Assembly (NCBI RefSeq): GCF_001194135.2
Contig: NC_068981.1
Coordinates: forward strand, 63,823,525-63,860,257
Source of the DNA: Octopus bimaculoides
Taxonomy: Eukaryota
Direction of reading: 5' to 3'
Length of the DNA: 36,733 nucleotides
The position numbers were made by a program, and so were the translations under genes. The notes under the pieces are model-generated. The model was not told the origin of the DNA, searched no databases, and was given only the letters and a program-made list of their open reading frames with translations. Below are positions 35,797-36,733 of this stretch, piece after piece (the first letter of the stretch is position 1; every line of letters begins with the position of its first letter).

Positions 35797-36043
35797 TATA
35801 TATATGTGTGTATATGTGTGCGTATAAATTTATATATATATGTATATGTGTGTGTGTGTGTGCGTGCATGTGTTTGTGTGTTTGTGTGTGTGAATGTGTA
35901 TGCGTGTGCAACTCTGCTATTGAAACTTTGTCCATATGTAATAAAAAAAATTGTTAGTTTATATGTAATATACAACGTCTGTGATTATGTGTGAAAAGAA
36001 CATGATTGTGCGTGCTTCTCTCAGTTTCTGTTATGTATGTCTA

Positions 36044-36089
<46 letters not shown>

Positions 36090-36697
36090 TGTGTGTGGAC
36101 GTTTGTTTGCGTCTGTGTATGTGTGCGTAAGAGTGTGAGTATGCGTGTGTACCTCTGTAATGTTTTAGAAAGGTTTTTTGTCATACATAATATTGGTGAA
36201 TGTTTTGATTATGTGCAAAGGTGTGTATATGTGCATGCGTATGTGTGCAGATGTATGTGTGTGTGTATACGTCTGTGTTTTTGTGTCTTTCTGTGTGTAT
36301 AGGGAGTTTTCTAGTTTCCCATTCTACATCCTCTCCTTCCGACACCTATATTCTGTTATCGTTTCATGTTAACGTTCACTTCAATACTGTATGTATGAAT
36401 GCATGTATGTAAATACATATGTGTGTATTTATGTATGGGCGTTTGCATGTATGTATGTGTTTATTTACGCATGCATAAGAGCATGTATGTATGTATGTAT
36501 GTATGCATGTATGTATGCATATATTTGTATTTATGTATGTACATATGTATGCATGTGTCTATATATGTATATATGTATAAACGCGCCTGTGTTTATGTAT
36601 GTATGAATGTATGTATGTATATTTGTGTGTAAGTACGTGTGTCTATGTATGCAGGTACATACAGCTTTATTCGTACATATGTATGTACATATGTATG

Positions 36698-36733
<36 letters not shown>
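35690..36733. repeat. Degenerate (CA)/(TA)/(TG)/(TATG) low-complexity block
   Basis: Direct reading. Confidence 0.85.

Overview
Eukaryotic, AT-rich, microsatellite-dense genomic DNA with nine N-gaps (about 3.8 kb in total). The repeat content suggests an octopus/coleoid cephalopod, which is an inference. The only host gene I can support is a + strand T-box transcription factor of the Tbx20 (H15/midline) subfamily. It has six GT-AG-bounded, phase-compatible coding exons (3249-3486, 4496-4769, 6486-6653, 8093-8169, 10278-10399, 12456-12853), giving 417 aa from the ATG at 3272. Two of these exons are absent from the ORF track, and the true first exon probably lies upstream or in a gap. The rest is intronic or intergenic DNA made of transposon relics: three tRNA-head SINE families, Tc1/mariner, pogo/Tigger and hAT-type DNA elements, a decayed Tx1/L1-type LINE (about 21.7-24.7 kb), and R4/Dong-type retrotransposon fragments that all sit in (TAA)n microsatellites. 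The most unusual structures are the (TAA)n-targeted nest at 26.7-30.2 kb, an unidentified ~0.5 kb non-coding element within it, and fold-back duplications at 5' truncation points. Most ORF-track entries are artefacts of microsatellites or N-gaps. I see no clearly new biological system; the findings are leads.
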